Origin: Candidatus Moraniibacteriota bacterium
Lineage (GTDB): Bacteria > Patescibacteriota > Minisyncoccia > Moranbacterales > GCA-2747515
Assembly: GCA_027031495.1 (NCBI GenBank)
Contig: JALVQA010000004.1
Coordinates: 120,070-184,069, forward strand
Reading direction: 5' to 3'
DNA length: 64,000 nucleotides
Of the stretch, positions 41,702 through 51,740 are shown piece by piece (the first letter of the stretch is position 1; each line of letters opens with the position of its first letter). The position numbers were made by a program, and so were the translations under genes. The notes under the pieces are model-generated. The model was not told the DNA's origin. It did not search any database and saw only the letters and a program-made list of their open reading frames with translations.

Positions 41702-43540
41702 CTATTTTTTCTGTCTCTTTCTGATTTCTTCGAGGTTGATAAATTTCTTGCCACCGTGTGCCTTGATCCAGTCATTGATGGACTCCCAGACGTAAGCATT
41801 TTCTTTTAAGTGCTGACCAACATAGTCAACCTCGCCCCATGTGCCACCGGCAAACTGATAGTTGACGTAAGCGTCCATGTATTGCGAGAGATTGTCAAGA
41901 TAGTACTGGTAGACATCATAGATTTCCTGATTGTTGACGTCAGCCTGTTTACCACCCTCATAGCTAACAAGTGGAACACCTTGCTCATCTGCCATTTCTT
42001 TCCAGTGCTTGACGAGTTCCATAACATTATCTACATCTTCCTTCGTTGGTGGCGTGCCAATAGTGCCAAGGTAGGGAGCAATAGCGTAAACATCCGGGCG
42101 TGTGCCATTAGGATTGTATTTTGGATCATTGATGATGTTTTCAAAGTGCCCGCGGAGCATGTCGTGGCCCATCTGTCCAGCGAGAACTTTGACGAGTCGC
42201 GGAGAATTCTTGCCGAAGACATCCTCAAACGTCTCCCAGAGTTTGATGGATGCGTAAGCATGGTAGTTGAATCCTTCCCACCATGGGTTGTTGCCGACGA
42301 TGTGATTTTCACCCGGCATTGCTTCTTCTGCACCACGCTGGATAACGTAATGAGATTGCTCAAAGCCACCATTCCATGTTTCGTTGGAGTATTCTACCCA
42401 GACGCGGAGATTTGGGTCGAGTCGCTCATAGAACAACTCGGCAAGTTTGCGCCAATAGCCATCGGTGCTCTTATCCGTGTGTGCCGGTACGGTAACCCAA
42501 CAGTCAATCTGTGCGCGATTGCACAAATCAATGTACCATTCATAGGCAAGGCCGGGATCATAATGAGCGCCACCATTGAAGATGTCCCAACTGAGTGAGT
42601 CGTTGTCCGGATCGTCCGGCTGGCGACGATCAGACCAGTTGACAATACCTAAGTCATTTGTTTGTCCCCAATCCATGAAACGGAAAACACTATAATTCTT
42701 TATGTGATCCAAGAACTCCGGACGCCAAATGTTTGTGTTATACATGCCATTGGTCATGCCACTTGCGATAGCGCCGGCGAAATCGGTTTCCGTGCCACCA
42801 GTGAATGGACAGATTGCGCCGTCGTCGTGACTACACCAGAGATAGTTGGAGTTTGTGCCGATAATCATCTCACCGTCACTGAAGACGGGTGTTACAGTAG
42901 ATGTTTCCGGTGGCTTAATCTCTCGTGGCGGCTCAGGTTCTGCTACTGGCGGTTCTGGTTGTGCTGCTCGCGGTTGAGGTTCCAACTGTTCTGGTTCTTC
43001 CTCATAAACAACGCGCGAGCTACCACCGATACCAAAACTTCCGGTGTTGTAATCACCTCCGCCACTGCCGGCGCCGCCACTACTGCCAGCACTACCACTA
43101 GCACTTGTGGCGCTCCTTGTGTGTCGCGTGATAGTAGTTGTGTTGTTGTCGGATCCGTTGCTGCCATTGTTGCCGTTGCGTCCATCACGTCCATCACGTC
43201 CATCACGTCCATCACGCCCGCTTTGTGTTGCTGTAGTGTTGTGTTGCTCACTAACGGTGACACCTGATACATTACTGATAGTAACAGCTGTTGCTGCTGT
43301 GTTTTGTTGTGTATTGGGATTGCTCACAGAGCCTGGTGGCGCTGGTGCTACCGGAAAGGAGGAACTTGTTGTATTGCCGTTCGTGCTTGTATTAACTGTC
43401 ACCTGCGCATTTGTTGATGTTGTAGTTGTAGTGTTATTGTCTGTATCTGCTGTAATAGCGCTGTTTGCAACCATATATGATGATATAAGTGCAGACAGAG
43501 CAATGACGATTTGAACCAACTGATTGAGAATAGTTTCCAT
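41702..43540 (-). CDS. Exported protein: low-complexity stalk plus glycoside-hydrolase-like TIM barrel
   Basis: N-terminal hydrophobic helix, T/S/G-rich region and (GRD)4, then FRFMDW, WVEYSNETWN, SYEGG. Confidence 0.7.
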   Translation of the reverse strand: METILNQLVQIVIALSALISSYMVANSAITADTDNNTTTTTSTNAQVTVNTSTNGNTTSSSFPVAPAPPGSVSNPNTQQNTAATAVTISNVSGVTVSEQHNTTATQSGRDGRDGRDGRDGRNGNNGSNGSDNNTTTITRHTRSATSASGSAGSSGGAGSGGGDYNTGSFGIGGSSRVVYEEEPEQLEPQPRAAQPEPPVAEPEPPREIKPPETSTVTPVFSDGEMIIGTNSNYLWCSHDDGAICPFTGGTETDFAGAIASGMTNGMYNTNIWRPEFLDHIKNYSVFRFMDWGQTNDLGIVNWSDRRQPDDPDNDSLSWDIFNGGAHYDPGLAYEWYIDLCNRAQIDCWVTVPAHTDKSTDGYWRKLAELFYERLDPNLRVWVEYSNETWNGGFEQSHYVIQRGAEEAMPGENHIVGNNPWWEGFNYHAYASIKLWETFEDVFGKNSPRLVKVLAGQMGHDMLRGHFENIINDPKYNPNGTRPDVYAIAPYLGTIGTPPTKEDVDNVMELVKHWKEMADEQGVPLVSYEGGKQADVNNQEIYDVYQYYLDNLSQYMDAYVNYQFAGGTWGEVDYVGQHLKENAYVWESINDWIKAHGGKKFINLEEIRKRQKK

Positions 43541-43688
43541 ATTTTTTGATATTTCCTCTTAGTTTTGTGTGTACGATAACGCGCTCTTCGCAGTGGCAAA
43601 ATGTTTCTACGTTTCATTATATCACAGTGTAGAAAAATTGTGTTATAGTGTCTATGAAATTATATATTTTTTAAATAGTATGTTTGTT

Positions 43689-44969
43689 ATGAGATACATA
43701 AAACACACACTGCGCAACGGACTGCGTGTCATCCTGGCGCCGATGGCAGATGTAGAGAGTGTGACGGTAATGATTATGACAGGTGTTGGCTCTCGCTATG
43801 AAGATGTTCATGAGAACGGTCTGGCGCACTTTTTGGAGCATATGTTCTTCAAAGGCACAAAGAAGCGACCGACGGCGCAGGCGATCAGCAACGAGCTTGA
43901 TGCAGTCGGTGGGGAATACAATGCTTTTACGGGTAAGGATCGTACGGCATACTATGCAAAAGTAAACGCAGCACACATTGATACGGCGCTTGATGTTGTG
44001 AGTGATCTCTTTTTGCATGCGCGCATCGCGCAACGGGATGTTGAGAAAGAGCGTGGCGCGATTATTCAGGAAATCAGCATGTACGAAGACGCACCGTCAC
44101 GTGATGTCTACCATGTGTTTGAGAGACTGCTCTATGGTGCAACACATCCACTCGGTCGTGATGTCTTGGGAACGAAAGAGAACATCTTGTCATTTACACG
44201 CAAAGATTTACTTGCTTATCACAAGCGTTGCTATACATCACACAACACGGCCGTGTGCATTGCCGGCAAATTCAGTAAACAGAAAGTGTTGGCAAAAATT
44301 CGTGCTGATTTTGCATCCATGCACACGGGTGCGGCGCCGACATACATGCCTTTTGATGCAGTGCAGAAAGCGTCACGTATTGCAATTAAGCAGAAAGAAA
44401 CGGATCAAACGCACTTTATCATTGGCGTGCCGGCATATGGCATTCACCACAAAGATCGTGCCGTTGTGAATGTGCTTATGGCGCTTTTGGGAAGTGGAAT
44501 GAGTAGCCGCCTCTTTGTGGAGATTCGGGAGAAGCGTGGTTTGGCGTATAGTATCCATGCCGGTGTGGAAAGCTACGCTGAAACAGGGGCTTTCTACGTC
44601 AAGGCCGGTGTGGAGCATAAAAATATTACGAAAGTGATAACGCTTATTTTGCGTGAACTTGCAAAAGTTACGCGACGTGTTGTTAGTGAAAAAGAGTTAC
44701 ATAAAGCAAAAGAGTATCTTAAGGGACATATTGTGTTGGGACTAGAGACATCGGATGATATTGCACACTATCTTGTCAGTCATGAGGTTGTGCGCGGTGC
44801 CGTAAAGTTGCCACATGTTGTGATGCGTGAGATTGATGCGGTGACAGCGGATGATGTAAAGCGTGTGGCGCTCGATTTGTTTACAACAGAAACGCTAAAC
44901 CTTGCAGTGATCGGACCACACAAAGGACGTGAGAAAGAGTTGCAATCTTTGCTCAACGTGCAATACTAA
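43689..44969 (+). CDS. M16 family zinc peptidase
   Basis: GSRYE, HFLEH.FFKGT, SSRLF.EIREKRGLAY. Confidence 0.95.
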   Translation: MRYIKHTLRNGLRVILAPMADVESVTVMIMTGVGSRYEDVHENGLAHFLEHMFFKGTKKRPTAQAISNELDAVGGEYNAFTGKDRTAYYAKVNAAHIDTALDVVSDLFLHARIAQRDVEKERGAIIQEISMYEDAPSRDVYHVFERLLYGATHPLGRDVLGTKENILSFTRKDLLAYHKRCYTSHNTAVCIAGKFSKQKVLAKIRADFASMHTGAAPTYMPFDAVQKASRIAIKQKETDQTHFIIGVPAYGIHHKDRAVVNVLMALLGSGMSSRLFVEIREKRGLAYSIHAGVESYAETGAFYVKAGVEHKNITKVITLILRELAKVTRRVVSEKELHKAKEYLKGHIVLGLETSDDIAHYLVSHEVVRGAVKLPHVVMREIDAVTADDVKRVALDLFTTETLNLAVIGPHKGREKELQSLLNVQY

Positions 44970-44976
44970 AGGTAAT

Positions 44977-45969
44977 ATGAATCAGACAGCCATTTCATCA
45001 CAAACAATCATGCGTGTGACGGTGACAATTTTATCACTGTGGTTTTTGTATTTGATACGTGATATTATCGCACTGCTTATCATTGCTGTTATCATCACAG
45101 CGGCACTCGGTCCTATTATTAACTACCTTGAACGGTGGCACTTGCCACGCGCGCTAACAGTGGCATGTGTCTACATTGTGTTCTTTACCGGCTTGAGTAT
45201 GTTGATTGCTGTTATTGTGCCAACACTGACGGAGCAAATCGAGCTATTGTTGGCGAGTCTCTTGCAGGATATCGCTTCAGTACACAACGGTATGCTAAGT
45301 GTCTTCTTTGGTAGTGTGCCGACAAATCTTGCTGCAATAACCGACCCGATTGCCGGCTCGTTTGGCGAGCTTTTCTCGCGGACGGCGTCGTTGTTCTCCG
45401 CAATCGTTGCTGTATTTGCCGTGATTTCAATGTCATTTTACATGTCGTTGCAGCGCGACGGCATGAAGCGCTTTTTGCTTTCGCTAACGCCAAAACAACA
45501 TCAACCATATGTTGCCTCGCTGACGGACCGTATTCAAGAGAGTTTTGGTCGGTGGGTGGCAGGACAGCTTGTGACAATGATTTTTGTTGGTGTACTGTAC
45601 TTTGTCGTGCTTTCAATTTTTGGTGTGCCATATGCGCTTACGCTGGCGACGATCGGCGGTATCTTGGAAATTGTGCCATATCTTGGGCCAATTCTCAGTG
45701 CTATTCCAGCAGCGATTCTGGGTTTCTCCGTAGCGCCAGCAGTTGGTTTTGTTGTTATTATTGGTTATATTTTGATTAACTTTGTGGAAAATTATGTGCT
45801 TATTCCGCAAATCATGAACAAGGCTGTCGGCCTCAATCCTGTTGCTGTAATTCTTGCACTGCTTATTGGCGCAAAAATTGCCGGCCTTATCGGTGTCATT
45901 ATCGCTGTGCCGATTGCCGGGGCTCTCAGTCTTTTCGTGAAAGATGTTCTGGAGAAAAAAATATCATAG
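44977..45969 (+). CDS. AI-2E family transporter
   Basis: PYLGP, ENY.L.PQIM..AVGLNP. Confidence 0.88.
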   Translation: MNQTAISSQTIMRVTVTILSLWFLYLIRDIIALLIIAVIITAALGPIINYLERWHLPRALTVACVYIVFFTGLSMLIAVIVPTLTEQIELLLASLLQDIASVHNGMLSVFFGSVPTNLAAITDPIAGSFGELFSRTASLFSAIVAVFAVISMSFYMSLQRDGMKRFLLSLTPKQHQPYVASLTDRIQESFGRWVAGQLVTMIFVGVLYFVVLSIFGVPYALTLATIGGILEIVPYLGPILSAIPAAILGFSVAPAVGFVVIIGYILINFVENYVLIPQIMNKAVGLNPVAVILALLIGAKIAGLIGVIIAVPIAGALSLFVKDVLEKKIS

Positions 45970-45976
45970 ATCAAAT

Positions 45977-46648
45977 ATGCTTTTTATTGTTGCCACACCA
46001 ATTGGGAATTTGGAAGATATCACGTACCGTGCAGTGCGCGTTTTGCGGGAGGCGGACGTGGTGCTGTGTGAGGATACGCGCGTGACACGGAAGCTCCTTG
46101 CGCATTACGACATCACCACGCCAACGCGCGCCGTGCACCAGCATACGCGTGACGCAATACTTGTACAGATTGTAGAAGAGTTGCGCGCCGGAGTAAATAT
46201 GGCGCTGGTGACCGATGCTGGCACGCCGGGACTCTCGGACCCGGGTAATCAGCTGGTCGCCGCAGCTGTCGCCGCCGGCGTGACGGTCACACCGGTGCCG
46301 GGTCCGTCGGCGCTTGCAGCGGCGGTCAGCGTTGCCGGTGTGGATTTGCAGCGCTTCGCCTTTTTCGCATATCCGCCGCACAAGAAGGGGCGGCAGACAT
46401 TCTTCCGCCGTGTGGCACATTTCGTGACAGAAGAGCGACTGCCGGTGATCTATTACGACAGCGTGCACCGCGTGGCGAAAAACCTCGCACTTCTTGCTGA
46501 CACAGCACCGGATGCCCACGTCATTGTCGCACGCGAACTAACCAAACTGCACGAAGAAATCCTCCGTGGCACCGCCGCCGACCTCGCCGCACACTTCACT
46601 GCACACCCCGATACTCTCCGCGGGGAGTTTGTCGTTGTGGTGTATTAA
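45977..46648 (+). CDS. rsmI: 16S rRNA C1402 2'-O-methyltransferase
   Basis: VATPIGNLEDIT.RA, CEDTR, DAGTP.LSDPG, ARELTK.HEE. Confidence 0.96.
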   Translation: MLFIVATPIGNLEDITYRAVRVLREADVVLCEDTRVTRKLLAHYDITTPTRAVHQHTRDAILVQIVEELRAGVNMALVTDAGTPGLSDPGNQLVAAAVAAGVTVTPVPGPSALAAAVSVAGVDLQRFAFFAYPPHKKGRQTFFRRVAHFVTEERLPVIYYDSVHRVAKNLALLADTAPDAHVIVARELTKLHEEILRGTAADLAAHFTAHPDTLRGEFVVVVY

Positions 46649-46652
46649 GACA

Positions 46653-47639
46653 ATGCTTATGTTTAGATCTAGGATTATTGCAACAATAATATCAATCAAA
46701 ATTGGTATTATCATTAGCATATTAACGCCGAGCATATGGCAACTGTGTTGGGAGGGTTGCAGTTATGACTATATTCACAATCTGCTACAATTGTTCTATG
46801 CGCCACCGCTAGGTGATTTTATGTGGGGCATATTCGCGCCACTTAACTGGATACAGTTCTTTGGAAAGATTCTGATTGTTTTGACTGCAATCTACGTTGG
46901 AAGAAATTACATTAAAAATGGCTATGCAAGGCTTTTCTTCTATGCAACTGTGCTCCTGATGCTTTTTCTTGTTCCGCGGTTAATGTATGTGTATCTTACA
47001 GAAGAGGGACGTGATGAGAGAATAAGTAATGTAATCAGCACTATCTATACGGTTGGAAGGGATATTGATGAAATCAATGCAGACTTGGAGCGGTTGGAAA
47101 ATAAGCTTGGAAGTAATTATGGTCCGCTTGACTATCATATGAGGACCGGAATATTTCAAGGAGTCTTTGGTTATATCGCAAAGTTTGATAGGTGTTATTG
47201 GCACCACTTCCTAGTATGTTTTGATGCGCGCGGTCGACTTGTGTATAAGGAGGGCGAGAGCGTTCTCTTGAAGAAGCATGTAGAAGATATGCAGCGTATT
47301 GCGCGACAGTATGGGTATTGTGATGATCTCTTTACGCAGAGTACATGTGTTCTTGATCCACAACGCTACACATCAACTCTCAATATGCAGAATATTGAAT
47401 TTACAAAGGATTGGCAAATTCAATCATTGTATCACTTGTATGGTATTGATTCTGAGTACAAGGAAATTTCAATATTTACACCGACTGGAGAGGAAGTTTG
47501 TACGGTGCGGCAGGAGAATTTTCCGGTTGTGTATGGGGTGGTAGGTTTGACAAATTGCATCATATTGCCAGGAAAAACATATATCATCCTTATTACTTTA
47601 GAAGATAATAAAATCCTACCAGTTATGCGTCGTGCTTAA
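46653..47639 (+). CDS. Hypothetical membrane protein
   Basis: AT-rich ORF with ~3 N-terminal TMs. Confidence 0.6.
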   Translation: MLMFRSRIIATIISIKIGIIISILTPSIWQLCWEGCSYDYIHNLLQLFYAPPLGDFMWGIFAPLNWIQFFGKILIVLTAIYVGRNYIKNGYARLFFYATVLLMLFLVPRLMYVYLTEEGRDERISNVISTIYTVGRDIDEINADLERLENKLGSNYGPLDYHMRTGIFQGVFGYIAKFDRCYWHHFLVCFDARGRLVYKEGESVLLKKHVEDMQRIARQYGYCDDLFTQSTCVLDPQRYTSTLNMQNIEFTKDWQIQSLYHLYGIDSEYKEISIFTPTGEEVCTVRQENFPVVYGVVGLTNCIILPGKTYIILITLEDNKILPVMRRA

Positions 47640-47766
47640 ACTGGGGATATGTCCGTGGTTTCAGCTAATATGTTTTTGTTACATTAATGAACCCAACATC
47701 ATAGAGGTTGTTTTAGTAAATGTTGCGTCACCGTTGGAGTTTGTGGTATATTATCACTGAGAAGAT

Positions 47767-48522
47767 ATGACAAAAATTAATGCCTATAATGACATTGCGG
47801 CACTACGGCAGCAAGAACTGCTTCACGGAGAAATGAAGCCTCATCGGTTTGTGGAGAAGCCCATGATGAAAAATCTCTTGCCGGATTTGAGCGGAAAGAG
47901 GGTTCTTTTGGTTGGCTGCGGCACCGGAGAGGAATCCTCTCTTTTAGAAGAATGTGGAGTTGGGAAGATTGTAGGGATTGATTTATCGGAGAAATCCATT
48001 GCATTGGCACGAAAGATGTACCCGCGCCATGATTTTATTGTTTGTGACATGCATAGCCTCGCGTTTAAAGATGCTACTTTTGATTTTGTCTATAGCAGTT
48101 TGTCCATTCACTATTCAAAGGAGCCTGAAAAGGTGTATGGAGAAATATATAGAGTACTCAAAGATGGCGGTCGCCTACTATGCTCTCTTGCGCATCCTGT
48201 GAGATGGGCGTCGGAACAGATTGTGGTTGATGATATCCCTGTCAAAGCGATAGGATTTTCAAATGATAAAAATAACAAGAAACTTATAGGAAGCTACTCC
48301 ACGTTCGCACAGCACAAACATAACTTCTCGCGCTATGGCACCCTAAGCTTCTATGTTGGCCCACCGAGTTATCACTTTAGGCTCCTGAAAGAAGCCAGAT
48401 TCTCTATTGAAGATTTTGTTGAGTCTCAAGCGATAGAGGAGTGCAAGGAGTATGATATATATTACTATGAGAGGTACAAAGAATTTCCCCAGTTTATGGC
48501 TTTCCTTGCAAGGAAGAAATAA
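47767..48522 (+). CDS. Class I SAM-dependent methyltransferase
   Basis: VLLVGCGTG, GIDLS, FD.VYSSL..HY, L..GG. Confidence 0.92.
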   Translation: MTKINAYNDIAALRQQELLHGEMKPHRFVEKPMMKNLLPDLSGKRVLLVGCGTGEESSLLEECGVGKIVGIDLSEKSIALARKMYPRHDFIVCDMHSLAFKDATFDFVYSSLSIHYSKEPEKVYGEIYRVLKDGGRLLCSLAHPVRWASEQIVVDDIPVKAIGFSNDKNNKKLIGSYSTFAQHKHNFSRYGTLSFYVGPPSYHFRLLKEARFSIEDFVESQAIEECKEYDIYYYERYKEFPQFMAFLARKK

Positions 48523-48571
48523 GCAAGAAAATTTATCTGTTTTTGAGAACTTATTGTGATATACTAGTAGA

Positions 48572-48751
48572 ATGAAAAAAGAAGAAGACAACGTTGTATT
48601 TATTGATAGCCAGAACGTCAACCTTGGTGTGCGGAGCTGTGGGTGGCAGTTGGATTGGCAGCGTTTTGCACCGGGGAAAATTGTGCGATTGGATGTTATG
48701 GAGCGTAAATTACAGTATAAAAGAAAAGAGCTCCAGCAGGACCGATCCTGA
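48572..48751 (+). pseudogene. Internally deleted NYN/LabA-family RNase gene (59 aa)
   Basis: Manual translation MKKEEDNVVFIDSQNVNLGVRSCGWQLDWQRF-APGKIVRLDVMERKLQYK...; FIDxxN start of a NYN domain, core acidic motifs absent. Confidence 0.65.
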
Positions 48752-48811
48752 AGGAGCTACTTTTCGTGGTGATACATCAGTATGATATCATAAGATTTCG
48801 CAACCTGTCAA
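48720..48811 (-). ncRNA. Candidate antisense small RNA with its promoter
   Basis: Minus strand TTGACA-18-TATCAT with TG extension (48811-48782), then hairpin 48723-48765 ending in a U-rich tract. Confidence 0.45.
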
Positions 48812-48852
48812 CTTGTTAGTGTTGACTTTATTGATTCGTAATATTTTAGCAC

Positions 48853-50310
48853 ATGCCACAGAAAGAACCATTCTATATCACAACCACACTGCCGTACGTG
48901 AACGCTGCGCCGCATGTTGGATTTGCAAGTGAGATTATCTTTGCTGATGTGCGTGCACGCTGGGAACGGCAGCAGGGCAAAGATGTCGTGTTCAATACCG
49001 GCACGGACGAGCACGGGGCGAAAATTTATGAGAAGGCGCGCGAGGCCGGCGAGGATCCGCAGGCATATGTGGACCGTTTTGCGACACATTTTCGTGAACT
49101 GGAAAGTGTGTTAAATGTTTCACCGACGCACTTTATTCGCACAACGGATGCGCACCATATCGCGGCGGCGCAGGAGCTCTGGCGGCGCGTGGACGCCAAC
49201 GGCTACATTTACAAGAAGACCTACCACACGAAGTACTGTGTGGGCTGTGAGATGGAGAAGACGGACAGTGAGTTGGTGGATGGTCGGTGTCCGCTGCACC
49301 CAAATCGCGCGTTGGAAGAAGGGGAGGAGGAGAATTACTTTTTCCGTTTCAGTGCATTTCAAGAACCGCTTTTGGCACTGTATAAAAAGTACGAGGACTT
49401 TGTCGTGCCGGCGAAGCGCTTCAATGAAATCAAGAGTTTCGTTGCAAGCGGTTTGCAGGACTTCAGCATTTCGCGCCTTGCGGCCAAAATGCCGTGGGGT
49501 GTGAGTGTGCCGGGCGATGAGAGCCATGTGATGTACGTGTGGTTTGATGCGCTGACAAACTATATCTCTACACTTGGTTGGCCGGAAGATGAGGAGAATT
49601 TTGTGCGGTTTTGGGGCACGCCGGATGTGCCGCGCTGTGTGCAGATTGCCGGCAAGGACAATCTCCGACAACAGGCGGCAATGTGGCAAGCAATGCTCTT
49701 GGCGGCGGACTTGCCACCGAGTCGGCAAGTATTTATCAACGGCTTCATTGGTGTGGACGGACAGAAAATGAGCAAGTCGCTGGGTAATGTGATCGCGCCG
49801 CAACAGATGGTGGACCGGTACGGCACGGATGGTACGCGATACCTTCTGTTGGCAAAAGGTGCGTTTGGTGAAGATAGTGATATTTCGTGGAAAAAAATGG
49901 ATGCGCGGTATACGGCGGAGTTGGCGAATGGACTTGGTAATTTGGTCAGTCGCGTGATTGCGCTTGCGCCGGCGGATGTAGTGGTGCCTGACTCATCTGC
50001 GCGCGTTGCACAGATGGACGGTGTACTTGCGCCACTGGTGAAGAGCATGGCGATGCGTGATGCACTGGCACATGTGTGGACGATTGTTGATGATGCAAAC
50101 AAATACCTGGAGAAACAGCAACCGTGGGCACTACGCACGACGGACGAGGCGGCGTTCCGCGCGGTGATGGAGAAGTTGCTCGGAGATGTGGCACTGTTGG
50201 GTGCTGTGTTGCAACCATTTTTGCCGGCAACGGCGCAGCGCATTGCGGATGCGCTGGCGACACGCAAGCGTCCGATACTCTTTGCGCGGTTGGAAACACA
50301 TAACAAGTAG
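48853..50310 (+). CDS. metG: Methionine--tRNA ligase
   Basis: PYVN..PHVG, GTDEHG, YVWFDAL, KMSKS. Confidence 0.97.
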   Translation: MPQKEPFYITTTLPYVNAAPHVGFASEIIFADVRARWERQQGKDVVFNTGTDEHGAKIYEKAREAGEDPQAYVDRFATHFRELESVLNVSPTHFIRTTDAHHIAAAQELWRRVDANGYIYKKTYHTKYCVGCEMEKTDSELVDGRCPLHPNRALEEGEEENYFFRFSAFQEPLLALYKKYEDFVVPAKRFNEIKSFVASGLQDFSISRLAAKMPWGVSVPGDESHVMYVWFDALTNYISTLGWPEDEENFVRFWGTPDVPRCVQIAGKDNLRQQAAMWQAMLLAADLPPSRQVFINGFIGVDGQKMSKSLGNVIAPQQMVDRYGTDGTRYLLLAKGAFGEDSDISWKKMDARYTAELANGLGNLVSRVIALAPADVVVPDSSARVAQMDGVLAPLVKSMAMRDALAHVWTIVDDANKYLEKQQPWALRTTDEAAFRAVMEKLLGDVALLGAVLQPFLPATAQRIADALATRKRPILFARLETHNK

Positions 50311-50321
50311 GTGAATATTAA

Positions 50322-51740
50322 ATGTTTGAAACATTTCAACGTCCTGAAAAGGTACAAAAAAAGACGCAAATAAGTGAATTGTTTTCTCCGACAGCAAAAG
50401 TTGGCGATATTCCTTTTTATGAATATATATCAGAGCGTCTTGCAGAGCACGGCGTTGTTGATAGAGATGGTGTGAAAATCAATGCGCATAATCCTTTTAG
50501 AGGGACGTTGGCGGACTATCTTTCGCTTGCTGATTATAATAATATATCGCGCTATACATTGTTAAGACAAGTTGTAGAAGTATTGGACTCTTCTCGCGAT
50601 GTTGAGGTTTTCTTGCCGCTTTCTTATATCAGTATCATGAATTTGGCAGGCATTGATCTGAGTGATCCTGATTTAATCAAGAAATACAATGAATTTTACA
50701 GTCAGTTAGACGATGATGAAAAGAAGTTCTTCAAACAGAGAGATGAAATTGTTGTTTTGCGGCAGTCGCCTGATGCAAAAAAGCAATCCGTTGTGGAGGC
50801 GGTTTCTAATGCTTTAGATGCCTTGCGAGAAGAACAGATTGGAGAAAAGGGGCTTGGCATTAAACAGGCATTAGCTTTTCTTGATAAAAACAGCGGAGAG
50901 ATCAGAGTAACATCTGCAACACGTGATGGTCAGGTAAATGTATTAAACGTAAAACTTGGCGCTGATGGAAAATATTATGAGCATGTGAAAAGGTGTGATG
51001 TTGATGGTGATGCTCCACCACTTTCCGGGACGGAAGTGGTTATTATACCGAGTGAGAAAATGAGCGAGGAAAGGGTGCGAGAAATTATAGAAACAATTAA
51101 ATATAAATTCCGCTTAACGCTGGATGCAAGTATATATGTAAACAATGTGTTGATAAATGGATACACGCGCGTGACGAAGGCGTCCGGTGAAGAGGTTAAA
51201 AGAAAACAGACAGATGCACGTGTAGATGTCTCTGTTTCCAGTGACAAAATCGTTGTGAGAGATAATGGGCGTGGAATGTCGGCTAGTATTCTTTCCAGGA
51301 TGTTTATACCGCGATCTGGCACAAAAAAGATGCGTGTCAAGCAACACGCCGACACACATGACAACAAACCCCTTACGGAGACATATTTTATAGAAGAGAG
51401 TGACGCGCAAGCGCAGAGTTTTAATATTGCACGGCGAGCGGAGGTGCTGGAGAACTTTAGGCTGGCTGCGTGTAAAAAATTAAACCTTGCACCAACATCA
51501 ATTCTCATAGATGCACATGCCGTGCGTGTGCCGGAAGCACGGCAGTCAATATTTGTAGATGAAAAATTTTTTGGGGCGCTAGAGAGTGCCGTAGATGAGA
51601 TTATAGAAGGACAAAGAAGCGCAGAGGAGAAAATACAAGCTATTAATACGGTAATGGCATATCTTGAACATTTTTCTCAACAAAAGTCTCTTGATGAAAA
51701 AAACGCGGCGAAGAAAGTGCGGAATTTATTTTTAAGTTGA
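50322..51740 (+). CDS. Fragment 1 of split giant protein: GHKL ATPase-like module
   Basis: EAVSNALDA, GEKGLG, SGTEV, DNGRGMS. Confidence 0.75.
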   Translation: MFETFQRPEKVQKKTQISELFSPTAKVGDIPFYEYISERLAEHGVVDRDGVKINAHNPFRGTLADYLSLADYNNISRYTLLRQVVEVLDSSRDVEVFLPLSYISIMNLAGIDLSDPDLIKKYNEFYSQLDDDEKKFFKQRDEIVVLRQSPDAKKQSVVEAVSNALDALREEQIGEKGLGIKQALAFLDKNSGEIRVTSATRDGQVNVLNVKLGADGKYYEHVKRCDVDGDAPPLSGTEVVIIPSEKMSEERVREIIETIKYKFRLTLDASIYVNNVLINGYTRVTKASGEEVKRKQTDARVDVSVSSDKIVVRDNGRGMSASILSRMFIPRSGTKKMRVKQHADTHDNKPLTETYFIEESDAQAQSFNIARRAEVLENFRLAACKKLNLAPTSILIDAHAVRVPEARQSIFVDEKFFGALESAVDEIIEGQRSAEEKIQAINTVMAYLEHFSQQKSLDEKNAAKKVRNLFLS

